Made by a program: the position numbers and the translations under genes. A model generated the notes under the pieces. The model was not told the origin of the DNA and ran no database searches. It was given only the letters and a program-made list of their open reading frames with translations. A stretch of DNA of 64,000 bases from Hydrurus foetidus (lineage: Eukaryota), in NCBI GenBank assembly GCA_900617105.1, contig UYFQ01000335.1, forward strand, positions 62,001-126,000, in the 5' to 3' direction. Each line of letters starts with the position of its first letter. Positions within the stretch are counted from its first letter, which is position 1. Shown one piece after another: positions 24,118 through 36,603 of the stretch.

Positions 24118-25702
24118 ATGACTGGAGTATTGAACGACCTCAGATCACCAACTGAGAGTTATGATGCTGTACACTCAGTGAAAGATCTCGAATTCGGCGG
24201 CCCGACCGGAGTCCTCTTTTTAATCGTCTGGTCCCATTACATTCTTTTTTACTTCTGGTAAGCCGCAAATGAAACTGATTAACGCTGCAGTCTTTACTAG
24301 CTGCCCTCTACTGTTGCATTGGTAAAGCCGGCTTGTTTAATGACAACGAAATATTATTCTCAGGTACTGCATAGAAAAAGCCAACGGAGTCTTAGTTTTG
24401 CCGCTCTCATTAGCGTCTTTAAATGAGCACTGCTCCAATTTCTATGAGTTGGTGCTCGCGAGGGGCATCCCATCAAATTTGACATGGTCAGCGTACTTCA
24501 TATTTTTCTTTGTCCAAATCGTCCTGGCTGCTGTCATGCCAGGTTTGAGCATGTACGGTGTCCCGACTGACGGAGGAAAGCGGCTGGTATACTTATGCAA
24601 CGGATACTTATGCTACTACTTTTCCATCGCCGGTATATTCGTAGCCCATGTAACCGGAATCTATCCCATTACCCATCTGGCTGACAATTATGGAGAGTAC
24701 TTAGTCGCATCGATGATAATTGCCAATGTCACGAGCATATTTTGGTATTATTATGGAATAGTCATGACTCCGAACGAAACACGGACAGGTATCGTTGTGT
24801 ACGATTTCTTTATGGGAACCATTTTGTACCCACGCATAGGAATAGTGGACATAAAAATGGTGGCAGAATGCAGATGGTCATGGTTGACCTTATTTATCCT
24901 GACGTTATCGTGCGCTGTGAAGCAGTATGAACAAACTGGATATGTATCGAGGGAGATGGGCGTCATGGTGCTGGCGCACTGGCTGTATTCAAACGCAACT
25001 GTCAAGGGAGAGCACTGCATCCCTTGCACCTGGGACATGTTTCACGAGAGATTTGGGTGGATGCTTAACTTCTGGAACATTACAGGCGTGCCATTCTTAT
25101 ACTGCTTCCAGTCGTATTACATTCTGCAGAATCAGGAATCAATCACTGCGAACGGGACCGTATGGTTTGTCGGTCTCATCTATATTCTCCTCATAGTGGG
25201 CTACTACATCTTCGACACAGCGAACTCACAGAAAGCCTGCTGGAAGATGCCTTTGATGAAGCGCAACACTTTCCCTCAGCTTTCGTGGGCCATGCTTCCG
25301 GACCCCATCCGCTGCATCCGCACCCCTAAAGGGGATCTGATGGTGGACGGGTGGTACGCATTTGCGAGAAAGATGCAGTATACGGGAGATATTATGATGG
25401 CCCTGTCTTGGGGTCTAGCTTGCGGCTTCGGATCATCTCTCCCATACTTCTACGTATTCTTTTTCTTCTGCATGATCACGCATAGGCAATGGCGTGACGA
25501 AATCAGATGCAAGGCGAAGTACGGAGAGCACTGGGATGTATACACAAAACTAGTACCGAATGTCTTCATTCCTGGCCTCCCCTTCTACCACTGGCTGCTG
25601 ACAGGGGAAATGCCGAAGGTCGGCCCCGAAGTAACCTTCGCAATTAGATCTAGTGAGGTCAAGATGGACGTTCATCCCGACACGAAGTCCAAGATCATTT
25701 AG
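24118..25702 (+). CDS. ERG4: Delta24(24(1))-sterol reductase (ERG4/ERG24 family, ERG4-like); intron 24258-24363
   Basis: Exon 1 has EFGGPTG. Then YLCNG, YDFFMGTILYPRIG..DIKM..E.R, KGEHCIPCTWDMFHERFGWML.FWN, DTANSQK, RDE.RC..KYG..W..Y. Confidence 0.88.
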
Positions 25703-26112
25703 AATGTCTGGACGCTATGCCGTCTCGTGTTGTATTGTAGGTCAACTTGGAGGTCTCGTAGAACTCTGAAATGTTCTGCTTCCATCATTTCCGTAACTGA
25801 CTAACTCGTTCATTTCCTCCTATTGGAAGATTTCTAGAAATCTGAAATTTCCGTATTAAAGAAAGTTATTGAACTTTTCGTGCCTAACTTTATTAACGAA
25901 AATCACCACTAAATGTAGACGATTTGGCCAACTCCCATTGAGCGTCATAGAATCCTTTACTAACGATGGCAGCGATGGTGGGCCTTTGATTTGCGTTTAC
26001 AGTTTGTGGTCGTGTAGAGCTATGTCGAGAGAGAACAGCAACCATCACAAAAAGATCGATTCGCGAAGTAAATTATTGTTTATTATGTAACATCTCGCTC
26101 AACGAGGGGAAT

Positions 26113-28216
26113 TTAAGTGAAACGAGGAGCATCGCATGTGAGACAGCTTAGAGTGCACGACTCATTGATGACAGTGCAGGTGGCGCACACCCAGTCCTGC
26201 AGGTCCTCCATGCCGTCCACGTACTCCCGTTCGTACGGGGGGTCGATCTCGAACTCGTCCCCATCCTGATACACCGAGAGGCCCTCCCCGTTGCTGTCGG
26301 GGCCCTCATGCTCAGCAGCGAAGTCATAGTCAGACGAGGAATGCACTGCTCGGGCCCCTGAGATGGCATTTCCATTCCCATTGGCAGAAGCTGAGGCAGC
26401 AGCGGCAGCGATTTGACCCCTGTCCCCTAACATGGAGAAAAGCTTCCCACGCACATTAGCCTGCATTTCGTTGGTATATCCCATTTCAGGCTCGACCTGA
26501 AACAGAGCGAGGAGAGGAGAAAAGTCGTTCAGTGGTGGAGAAATCCTTCAGATTATGCATTGTGCATAGAGCAGAGTAGAGAGAGAGAAACGTAAACATT
26601 TTGTTGATTTACCATGCTATCATGCCAGGTGCGACTGTCTGACTCCGCCCTGACTTGCTTTGCAACTCGATTGATTTGCCTGGGGGAAACGGTACTTCTC
26701 CTCTGCTGCCAAGGCAACCCAACGCTGTTCCGTGATGATTCGGAACCCATCCAGTGCTCAGGAATCTGAGATGACAGCGAATAAAATGAAATAAAAATCA
26801 TCGTGCCAAATCGTGTCATACCAAGTTTAAAAACGTTTTGTGTTGTACACGGTCAATTTAAGTAGCAGATTCAATGCATTTTTCATGTGGTCGAGTACCA
26901 CAGTATGAACATGTCCGTACCTGCAATACGTGGACCAGGAAAATGAGGGCGGAGTCATAGAGGAAGACCGGTCTGGTTGAGTTGTGATCACCGTCAACGA
27001 TAATGATGTTCTTGTCCCCGGAGTATTTCTCGTGGATTTTGCGGCTGTGTAAGGGCAGAGGGGAGAAAGGGTTCTACCATGAGATCATTTTGGAGTCTAT
27101 TTGACTATCATGTGCTATGCCTACGACATGCTGTGCGATATAACTGATATCCCTATCCACATCTCCAGTCAGTCAACTGGTTAACTACCTGTGATGGGGT
27201 GGCACGAACTCGTCACCATCAGCAGCCACGAACATGGCGGGAATGAAGCACCTATCCGCATGCTCTATGGGAGACAGTTGTCTTATATCGAAGTTAGCTG
27301 CCTTTTGCACGCTGCCTCGTATCATCCTGATTGCTATCTTGACCACGAAGGACGGGGCGATAAGGCCGCTCTGCCGTCCCTTCTCCACCATCTCCTCTGC
27401 GAGCTGTTGCAAATCAGAAAAGGCGCTGTCTAGAATCATACCGGCAATGGAGGGGTCTCTTTCGCCATGCAGCAGCGCAGTCGCGGCCCCCATACTTCGT
27501 CCCCACAGAGCTATCGTTGAGGTCGTCCCAGAATTTCGCAAATATTCAATAACAGCCTAGAATTTTGAAAAGCAAACATTCTTAATTATTGACATATCGG
27601 AGATGATCGTACTATGGAGGTATTGGCATGATGCAAAGACGAATTAGAATATTGTGTCGTGAGCGACTCATGTACACAATCTGCGAAAAAAAAGTGCAGA
27701 ACATTTCTATCTGTATACCTTCAGATCATCCTTTTCATAGAACCCCAAAGAGACATATTCACCATCGCTCTGACCGCTGCCGCAAAAATCGAAAGTCACG
27801 AGAGTTGCTCCTAGAGAGAGGACTAAGGATAATTGTCCCAGAGCCTCCGGACGCGCTGAGCTGTTACCGTGCATGTAAATGACGCAGGGAAGAACCACAT
27901 TGTTGCGGGAGGACGGACTAGGCTCCCACATTGAACAGATTACCTTCAATCCCCGCTCATTAACAACATCAAAATCTGTGCGTTGAAAAAACTTCCCACA
28001 GTACTCAAATGATTTGGGGCCTAATTGTGACGATTCGTAATTGCAGCGGGGTGGTCGTATGATGGCATTAACGAGCTCCTGATATCCATGTTTAATCATC
28101 TGCCAGTAGGAGAGCTGCTCGGGTTCCGTCTCTTCCCCATTGGAAGCCTCTTCATCATCTGGGACGGTATCACGCTGGGTGACGTTGTGATCTTGCTTCG
28201 ATTTACTGTTTCCCAT
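26113..28216 (-). CDS. Alpha/beta hydrolase (YqkD/ABHD-like) with N-terminal MG myristoylation-type start and C-terminal RanBP2-type zinc finger; ~5 exons
   Basis: IIRPPR, YMHGNSS, DFCGSGQSDGEYVSLG, nucleophile GRSMG, D (ADGDEFV), H (DGDHNS.R in exon ~26921-27045); C-terminal W.C..CT..N......C..C..PR. Confidence 0.85.
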
Positions 28217-28524
28217 CTTAAATTAAAAGATTTTCTTTGATCTTACGAATAATTCAGCAGTGTCGGAGAGCTGCAGTGTTTCTCGCATAGCTGATCACAT
28301 TGGCGTAAGGATAAGAAATTGAGTATGTCGTGTTGTCCATCCACTCAGTGATATTTTCGTAGGAATGAACGTCGATGTTTCCGAAGATAAAGCCGGCAGC
28401 TGACCCCTATGCCGCTGAAGACAGCCACAGACAGACGATATGCAGTAACTAGCTCCTAAATGAATAAAGGCAATCCCGAATCGACTTATTTACAGTGTCC
28501 AAAAAATTTGATCAAATGCTCGTA

Positions 28525-31500
28525 CCGTCGAGTGCCATATGTTTTGTATTTGAAACGGTCGTTAGACCCCGTCTCTGACACATTTGATCCAGTATTCTAG
28601 ATTACACACGTCTGTGCACTACTCTCCACAACTCGATCAATAATACAGTGATAGCAATACTGAGCAGCAATCCTTGTTCGTCACTGTAGCTGCTGCTCAT
28701 CAGTCTTTATTTTTGTGAAAATCCTGCAACACCACGAGCACATTTTACCGTGGCGAATATCTTGTCCTTTAGCGCTTCTTCATCTCCCAACTCAATATTT
28801 CCTGAACCGTGAATCATGAGTAAGTTCTGCGCACTGAAAGCAATACCAAAAAGTACCTATTAATCGCTGATGGACTGCAATTCAGATGCCCCTTCATACT
28901 TGACACCAATATTTTACCTACAATATGAAGGCCGAAAAAGTGGAAAAATAAAGGAATATCAGCTCTCTGCTGACTACTGTGCCTTTATGGTGGCTAATGT
29001 TCTAGCGAGATACGATTCTACTGTCATTTCATCCAGCATTCAGTGGACTTCTGGTGAGCTGAGCGAGAAGATGAACAAAGAGATTATTTATACTTCGGCT
29101 ACGACTGCTGATCTTTATATCGACCCAATAGCTTTGTCTCATGGGCTGTCCTTATTTCAGAAACAGCTCAACAAAATGGGACTTGATGCTATTATCGTAT
29201 CAACTTTCTCAAAATCAGTGCCAGACTTCTTTGGTCTGACTGGTGCTCAGAGGTCGATAGAGATAAAGTTTAGTACATATGTCAATAATCGTTCTGAGAA
29301 TGAATCTTTCCTGGGACTTATCGATAGAATGGTTATCATTAGAGACTCTTTCCTCTTAAAGAATAACTATGAAAAATCTCCTCACAAGTCACCTTCTTCT
29401 GTCTACGGCAACTTATTCTTGCCAGTGATGAAGTCAATGCTGAAGAAAAGTAATTCCGTGAATAAAAAACGAGTTGTAAGAAAATCACCGTCCAAGCTCC
29501 GCCAAAAGGCAATTAATCTCAGTACAAGCAAACTTGTGAAATCTTTAGAAGGCGAGTTTGGAGAAAACATTCCTTATTTTACCTAGAGTCCGCCCTTAAA
29601 ATCGCTTCCAAAAGAAAAATAAAGCATGATGAGAAGATTTCGAATAGTACTGAAAATGAAAATGAAAATGGGAGCGGTGATGAAAGTGATAATGAAGAAT
29701 GCAAAGAAGAAAAAGAAATGATAAATGATAATTTTGAAAATGATGAAAAAATAATAAAAGCAACCGCTGACCTTCCCAAAAAGTATGTTGTTTTCGGTGA
29801 TGAGGATCGAAGTAATGTACTGAAACTATTTGGAGTTGTACGCGAAATTGCACTAGATCGGGAATACAAGGAAGTTCAACATGCATCAGCATTAGCAACA
29901 GCGGGGCTACTGTCGGAAATTCCGTACTATTCTCAAATATCCGAGAGGACCATACGGCGTTGGGATACATTGAGAAACCAAAATAGGAAAAGACCTGGAC
30001 GAAAAGTTAGTGAGTTATTTGAGTCAGAGGTTTGGGGTAATTTGGTGATGTGTGCCTTCGAACAGAACGATGATGATGTGAGTAATTAATGATTTCGGTT
30101 AACTTCGCATCATATCACAGACATAATTCCTCACAATTTGATTATCAATTTTTCATGTAGGTAACCAAAAAGGATGTGAGAGTTATTATCAATGTAACGT
30201 TCTCATACTCAATTGTGGAAACAGCTGCGAAAGGTGTTCAGGCTAGAGAAAGTTGGTTACTGAATGAGGAAATACAAAACATGAAATTCACGAATAAATG
30301 GATAAAATCGTTCCTTTTACGAGGAGGTGTAACACGGAGGAAAATAACGAGAGAAGATAAGGAGGTACCTACCGATGAAGAAATAGCTCATGTATTAAGT
30401 ATAGGCCAAGAAGTATTGGTCAAAAATGATCACACCGCTCAATCGTGCTACAACTTCGATGAGACTGCTTTTACGTGGGCTATCGGCCCCACGCATGTTT
30501 ATTGTCCAACCAATCAAGGACGAGCTACAAACATAGGTATCTCGAACACCAAGCTAAGGATTACAGCAGTCATTGCCGTTAACGCCGAAGGTTCATTCGC
30601 TCCTCTCATGCTCATCATCAAGCATTCAGTGAGCTCAGAAGCACGACCTGATCAGACAGGCATGACAGTAGTACGTGATTTGAACAAGAAAGCTGGGTTT
30701 ACTGTGAACGAGGGGTGGAAACTGAGAGAGTGGAGTCGTGTACTAACGATAAATGGTGTCACTGCAATGCACAGAGTACTGTACATTATACATGAAGAAA
30801 CCGGTCATGTCATCACCAGTCAGGTGAAAGCGTGGAATGATACTGTGCGGATGATACTGTGGTTTGAAGTTCTTATCAAACCGATAAAAGATAAGATTGG
30901 TAAAATGCTGTTGTGGTGTGACAACTGCGGTAGTCACAAGACTGCTTGTGTCATGGATATAATACGAGAAATCGGTGTAGATGTTGTATTCTTACCGAAA
31001 AATATGACGGGAGAGTTGCAGGTCCTGGATCTCGTAGTGAATGGTCCCTTGAAAGCTCACATACGAACCAACCGAGCGAACAGGTTGTACAAGAGTTTCC
31101 ACGAATATAAAGCTGAGAGGGCAATCAACATCCAATTACCACGTGCTCAACGTAAACATTTGGACTTCAACCCCCCTAAGCCGTCCATGATAGAGGGCAT
31201 CAAAGATCTACTTATGCTATTTAAGGAACAGATGACGGAGGAGAATTTCAAGGACTGCATTCATAGAAGCTTTGTAAAAACTGGAACATATCCCAAACAT
31301 AGAGACAGCAGTGATGAACCTGCAATATTCGTCCAGTATAAAAAAGAACAGCTCTGCGGAACTCTGACTGTCGTACCGGAAGGTACGGTAGACATCTCTG
31401 TAGATGACGAAGAAGAAGATAATAATGACTTGAATGACATTGAATTCTTAGAAAGAGCTATTTTAGAACATTACGCGTCAAATAATGATGTTATGGAAAT

Positions 31501-32622
31501 TAGTCATGACATTGATGATAGTGACGATGAAAACGACAACTAATTGTTAATTTCATTTTCATGAAGATTGAATGACAAGATGTTTTTTCAAGAAATAACA
31601 GGTTCTTTTTTGATGATTTTTATTGGCTTCAATTTCTTGTCTTTTAGAATGTCGTAAAGTTTATGTGTCCATAAGTCAGAATTTATGGAGTACACAACAA
31701 TCTTGATTAAATATCCTGTAGAGCGGTGATTGGTATCCTCAAGCAGTATGCAAACAAACTTAAATCCAACACTATAAACGTTACACTCATCTAATAGAAG
31801 GTTGTCTCCATCCATAAATTCTGAAATAACAGAAGCTTCGACACGGCTGACGTTCCCCAGTCGCTCACCCGGATAATGAGTCGCGGGATGTACAGCTGCA
31901 ATATCGAGCGAGGACAGTATCTGAACGCAATTCGAATCTGTTTTACAGTGTGCAGAAGGTGTTGACGTGAGTGATTCGCAGGCAAACTAGATATTGTACT
32001 GATAGGCTGTGTACTAATAGGCTGTACGGATAATTTGACAGTGAATTTATCAGAAAAAACATGCTGCGAATGAAAGTTATACCATGCACGTTCTCAGGAT
32101 TTCGCCGTAGGTCACATACAGTTCCACTAAGTGCTTTCAGGTCTTTCCTCAAGGCAAAAGTCCCTTTGCCACGTGAACGGAATGCCAGAATTTCCCGCAT
32201 TACAGAAATTAGCGAGTCCTCGCACAGATAAAGGGGCGTCTGAATTCGACAAACAAAACGGAAAGTAAGCTTATAGTCCGAAACAATGGCGAATTTTCAG
32301 GCTCGCACTCGATTTCAGAAGCAGCAAATGTGATGGATCCGCTAAACTTCAGAGGAGAATAGGAGGTTTCTCTACCTCGAGCAAGCGATTGATACAGAAC
32401 GAAAGGAAGCTTGGCACTCCAGATAATTGAGAGCTGAATATCCAGGAGGGCAGATGAAGAAGAATCAGCGAAAAACTCGCAGAATTGATGGAGCTTGTTA
32501 GAATGGTACTGAGATGTGTTGCTACTGTCGATGATTTCAATTGTGGAGTACAGAATCGCTCTAACGCCCTTTTTTCACCCCACACCATACTGATCAAAAA
32601 CAAAACATATGGCACTCGACGG
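28525..32622 (+). mobile_element. Full-length 4098-bp pogo-like (Tc1/mariner superfamily) DNA transposon
   Basis: 28-bp TIRs CCGTCGAGTGCCATATGTTTTGT(A/T)TTTG with one mismatch; TA duplication at 28523-28524 and 32623-32624; encodes a DDE transposase. Confidence 0.93.
28870..31543 (+). CDS. Spliced pogo/CENP-B-like DDE_1 transposase; predicted introns ~29522-29586 and 30078-30160; 5' start uncertain
   Basis: HTH-like ISERTIRRW; CENP-B-like KFTNKWIKSFLLR; catalytic NFDET, CDNCGSH, LQVLDLVVNGPLK; acidic tail. GTGAGT..TGTAG intron 30078-30160 joins in frame. The GT-AG at 29522-29586 also joins in frame but is less certain. Confidence 0.85.
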
Positions 32623-32664
32623 TATGATGTATGATGTATGATCTCTGATGATACTTGAGATTAC

Positions 32665-33285
32665 GGGTGCGTTCGGTAAACGAAAATTCCATTAAAAAAC
32701 TGTAGTTTTCAGTAAAATCTGTAGTTTCTCGAGCCTTCAGTTTTTTTACTGAAAAAGCTGTTCGGCAAAAAAGTTGAGGCACGAGAAATCACACAAAGTT
32801 GTGGTGGAAACGATTCACCTGATTCATGAAGCGCGATAACTGAAGGTTTCTGCGATGCAACTTTTTTACCGGCAGTTAATCGTCACCTCAGCATAGTTAT
32901 TGAGATGTCGTCCAGCGTGCAGATCAAAGTTGAGGGCCCAGTGAAGTGGATCGATGTGAACCGCAAGGTGCTCATCGATTGCCTTCTTGAGCACTCTGAC
33001 GGTAGGTATTCAAATATCAAAAATAAAAAATCTGCGTGGAAGTTGGTTGTAGCAGATTTGGTGGTATTTTTGGTGGTATGTCTGTTGTCCGACTGTTAGT
33101 CCCCCCATTTTTGAAATTTGTCCGTTGTCCGAATTCTGGACCCCCCAAAAATTTTGAAACCGTTCGGTAAATCGAACCCCGAACTATTTTCGTGAAAAAT
33201 TCAACTTTTCGAAAGTTGAAACGGGGGGTCAGATTCAACTTTCGAAAAAACGAAGGTTTTTCCGTAAAATTTACCGAACGCACCC
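32665..33285 (+). mobile_element. 621-bp internally deleted PIF/Harbinger element
   Basis: Perfect 16-bp TIR GGGTGCGTTCGGTAAA / TTTACCGAACGCACCC; 3-bp TSD TAC (32662-32664, 33286-33288); contains a Myb/SANT-like ORF fragment. Confidence 0.88.
32905..33099 (+). pseudogene. Truncated Myb/SANT-like DNA-binding ORF of the Harbinger element
   Basis: VKWIDVNRKVLIDCLLEH....KKSAWKLVVADL resembles the Myb/SANT-like W...LI....W pattern of the Harbinger ORF1 protein; lies inside the TIRs. Confidence 0.6.
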
Positions 33286-33658
33286 TACACGGTTAGAATA
33301 GACACATTACAGACCCGGCCGGTCAACTATCACCTGTCACTCTGTCAACCAAAGAGGACCCCCTTGTGTCAACTGTCAATTGTCAACTGTCTTCTGCGAT
33401 GAGATGGTGAGATGAGTTTTCAGTGCAGTATAATTCTTCAAATGCATCGATAATCGAGAGCCGCAGTTCGACGGCCGTGATGGAGGAATTGATTCTGTAA
33501 TTATTGTGAAATTTCGCTGCAGGGAAGGCGTGGAACACATCCATCAATGCGTCCGCATGACTCAAAGAATGACTTCAAAGCTTCAAAGCGAAACTGATAA
33601 GACCGTAATCTCATCTCTCACTGCCTTCCTCTCTGCATGTTAGCTGATCACTGGAGGA

Positions 33659-36445
33659 ATGTCGGCTCTTGATGTTCTTCGTCAAGTAAAGCAAGCGCGG
33701 CGTGCTGAGGGCAGCTATAAACTTGTCGAATGGGGTAATGCAGACTTTATCACCGCTCAAGGAATTGACTATTTGACGAGGAGAGAGTTGAGGAACCACC
33801 TTGATGCGCGAGATCTTGATATCACTGGCAACAGATTGGAACTTCTCAGCCGACTGCGGAATTCGATTCTCGATGAGCAGCTGAGCACTCTGGCATATAA
33901 AGAAACAACCGACACGAATTTTCTTATTCAAGCTGTACATGAGGAGAGCGGCAGTGTTTATTCTGTAGGAATAAACTCGAAGGGACAGCTAGGTGTTGGC
34001 GATCTCGAGCGACGGCTGCAGTTTACGGTCGTACCAAAGCTGCGAGGATTAGGTGTTCACTCTGTCGAGGCTGGTGATAACGTTTGCTATGCTGTTACAG
34101 AGAACCATGATGTTTATGTATGGGGTGGCGGTGGATATGCTGCATCAAGGAACAATCAAAATGTATCACACATCACTGATATTCGAAAGAGTACTGGTAA
34201 AACACTCAACTGGTTGGAACCTGAGTTGTGTGTGGAGTTCGGAGGCGAAGAAATCGTTGCAATCTCTGTTGGCTCTTCCCACTACATCGCAGCTAGCAGA
34301 GGAGGCGACTGCTTGGTTTGGGGAGATAATGACTCAGGCCAACTAGGTATTGGTAACTTCGATGCTATGCGTTCTGCGTCTATAAATAGCAGCTTTCCAT
34401 CTGCCGTCCAACAAATTGAAGCTGGGGCGAATCACACTGTAGTGCTGACTAATGGAGGACATGTAAGTTCATGTGATTGATCGGAAGGAAGAGTGCAAGT
34501 ATTGCTTGTACATCTTCTAACTCACCCAAATCAAATGAATCTGTTGATCGGAAGGAAGAGTGCAAGTATTGCTTGTACATCTTCTAACTCACCCAAATCA
34601 AATGAATCTGTTCATCGTTTGTATGTATATGTCAATTAATTTCATCAAATCCAAATAACAGATCTATTCATGGGGTCACGGTAGAAATGGGCGACTGGGT
34701 ATTGGACCGACAGAGAGGGCAGGAGTGTTTGAGAGCAATTCTTTGCATTACTGTTTGCCCAACCTGATTAGCCCTCTGGAGCCGATTAAACAAGTTTCGT
34801 GTGGGTCGGATCACTGCTTGGCATACGGACCATCAGGTAAACGTGTGGTAGCTATTGTGTAGGTCAAAACGAATCAGCAGTTACAAGGATTTTCTCGTAG
34901 TGTACTTAGAGAATATTGATCAATAACCGTCGTTCTAATCGGTCATAATCGGGTACGTAGACATGATATTTTGTCTTAGTTGTGATCTCGACAATACACT
35001 GTCAACTTCATCAGTCCATTGTCATCATCACATTATCTCCCTTCTTCCTACTCTGGAGCTCATGGTGTAATAAACGTACTAGGAGTTTGGTCGTGGGGTA
35101 GTGGGTCAGGTGGCAAGTTGGGTCTGGGCGTAGGAGACAACAAGGATCGTCTCAGTCCCACTCTGGTCCCTTCGCTTGAGGTAAAGCATGAGAACGCTAT
35201 GCACGCAACTTATCTACGAAGAGCTGAATACGAATCTTTGGAATCATATTTTCTGTATTCATCTTTGAATTCATGAATTCAGGTCCGTATAACTTGCAGG
35301 GCAAAGTCATATCTCAAGTGGCTGCAGCAGCGTATCACAGTATGGCAATCGTCATGTACCCTCCTATGACAGGTACGTCATTATGATGATGATTGTGACT
35401 GTTGCTAGTTGGTCGAGGGAGCGAGAATCCAACCCCGCGATGTAGCCTCTTGAATGAGCCTTCTCGCTTAGCCTCGTGTAGCCTGACGTAGCCCTGAAGT
35501 AAAAAGGCTGGGTAAACGGACTGGGTTGCGGGGCTGAATTACTTTTCTGCATTGCTCTGTTTCACTTTTGCTGCCTTCAAGCACCAGCAAAAGCAAAGAT
35601 GAAGAATTAACACAAATCATCTGAACACACCCATTAACCATGACATCTCTATTCTATGTCAGGCGGAGGGTGGCTTTATTCGTGGGGTAGTGGTTATTAC
35701 GGTCAGCTGGCCCAGGGCTCGAAAGTGGTGGTTTGCGTTCCTGAACTGTGCGAATATTTCCTGTCTGTGCATTTGCTGGTTAAGTCAGTCAGCACTGGTC
35801 CTAGACACTGTGCAGCTATCACGAAGGACGATGAGCTGTATACGTGGGGCAGCAACAACAGTGGATGTCTTGGGCGGTGAGTTAGTAACAATTCAAATCC
35901 AACACATACTGCCGAAACAGAATAAAATTTCCGAAACGCAGACTGAAAACAAGTTAGAGTAAAATCACTTTTTTATTTCAACCTTAAATTCGTGTGCATT
36001 CTCGGATATTTTCTTCTGTTTTGGTACTACACAATTGCATACCGCAGAACTCTACACTGCATTACTTGTCGATTGCTTTAAATCTAATTAAATGCAATGC
36101 AACACAACCTGCTTTTATGCAGACGCATAGACGAAAGAGATGTGACATTCACTGCCGTGCCTGGCCACTGCGGTGGATTCGGAGCAATCGTAAACCGCGT
36201 TGGGAGGGGGCTTGTGCGGTACGTGCGTGCATGTCTACACCATGTTTCCTGCACTCACGCCACGTTTACTGACACCTCTTCATTGTTTATTATTGCTGTT
36301 TAGGAAGGTTTCATGTGGACTGGACTACACAATGGTGTGCACACACCCCTATGCGGGACCCGATCTGAAGGTCGCGGGGAAACTCATGGAAGAGTCTAAC
36401 TTGCGGCAACAAGAAGCGTTGCTAAAATCAAGAGGGTTCGATTGA
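33659..36445 (+). CDS. SAP-domain + RCC1-repeat protein, multi-exon (start uncertain)
   Basis: SAP-like LTRRELRNHLDARDLDITGNRLELLSRL; RCC1 repeats (G.NSKGQLG, WGDNDSGQLG, WGHGRNGRLG, WGSGSGGKLG, WGSGYYGQL, WGSNNSGCLG) across exons. Confidence 0.85.
34477..34612. repeat. Perfect 67-bp direct tandem duplication in intron
   Basis: ttgatcggaaggaagagtgc...aaatgaatctg starts at both 34477 and 34544. Confidence 0.95.
34853..34996. mobile_element. Degenerate ~140-bp MITE family (TIR consensus ~TTGTCGAGGTC), copy 1
   Basis: tattgtgtaggtc...gatctcgacaata; internal similarity to copies at 36472, 40074 and 46192. Confidence 0.65.
35417..35548 (+). repeat. Short dispersed repeat, copy A (inverted copy at 43391-43537)
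   Basis: Shares GGGAGCGAGAATCCAACCCC and CTGAAGTAAAAAGGCTGGGTAAACGGACTGGGTTG with the reverse complement of 43391-43537. Confidence 0.85.
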
Positions 36446-36471
36446 ATCCCTCTTGGTTCAGTCTTGTGCGA

Positions 36472-36603
36472 TACTGTGGAGGTCAGATAAAACAGCCCTT
36501 CTACGGATTTTCTTGTATCACATTTGACGAATATAGAGTGATAAATGTCAGTCTCAGCGGATACTTTCTACGGAATTCCTCTGAAGTTGTGACCTCGACA
36601 GTA
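36472..36603. mobile_element. Degenerate ~140-bp MITE family, copy 2
   Basis: tactgtggaggtc...gacctcgacagta; internal cacatttgacgaat and ctcagcgg are shared with the 40074 copy. Confidence 0.7.
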
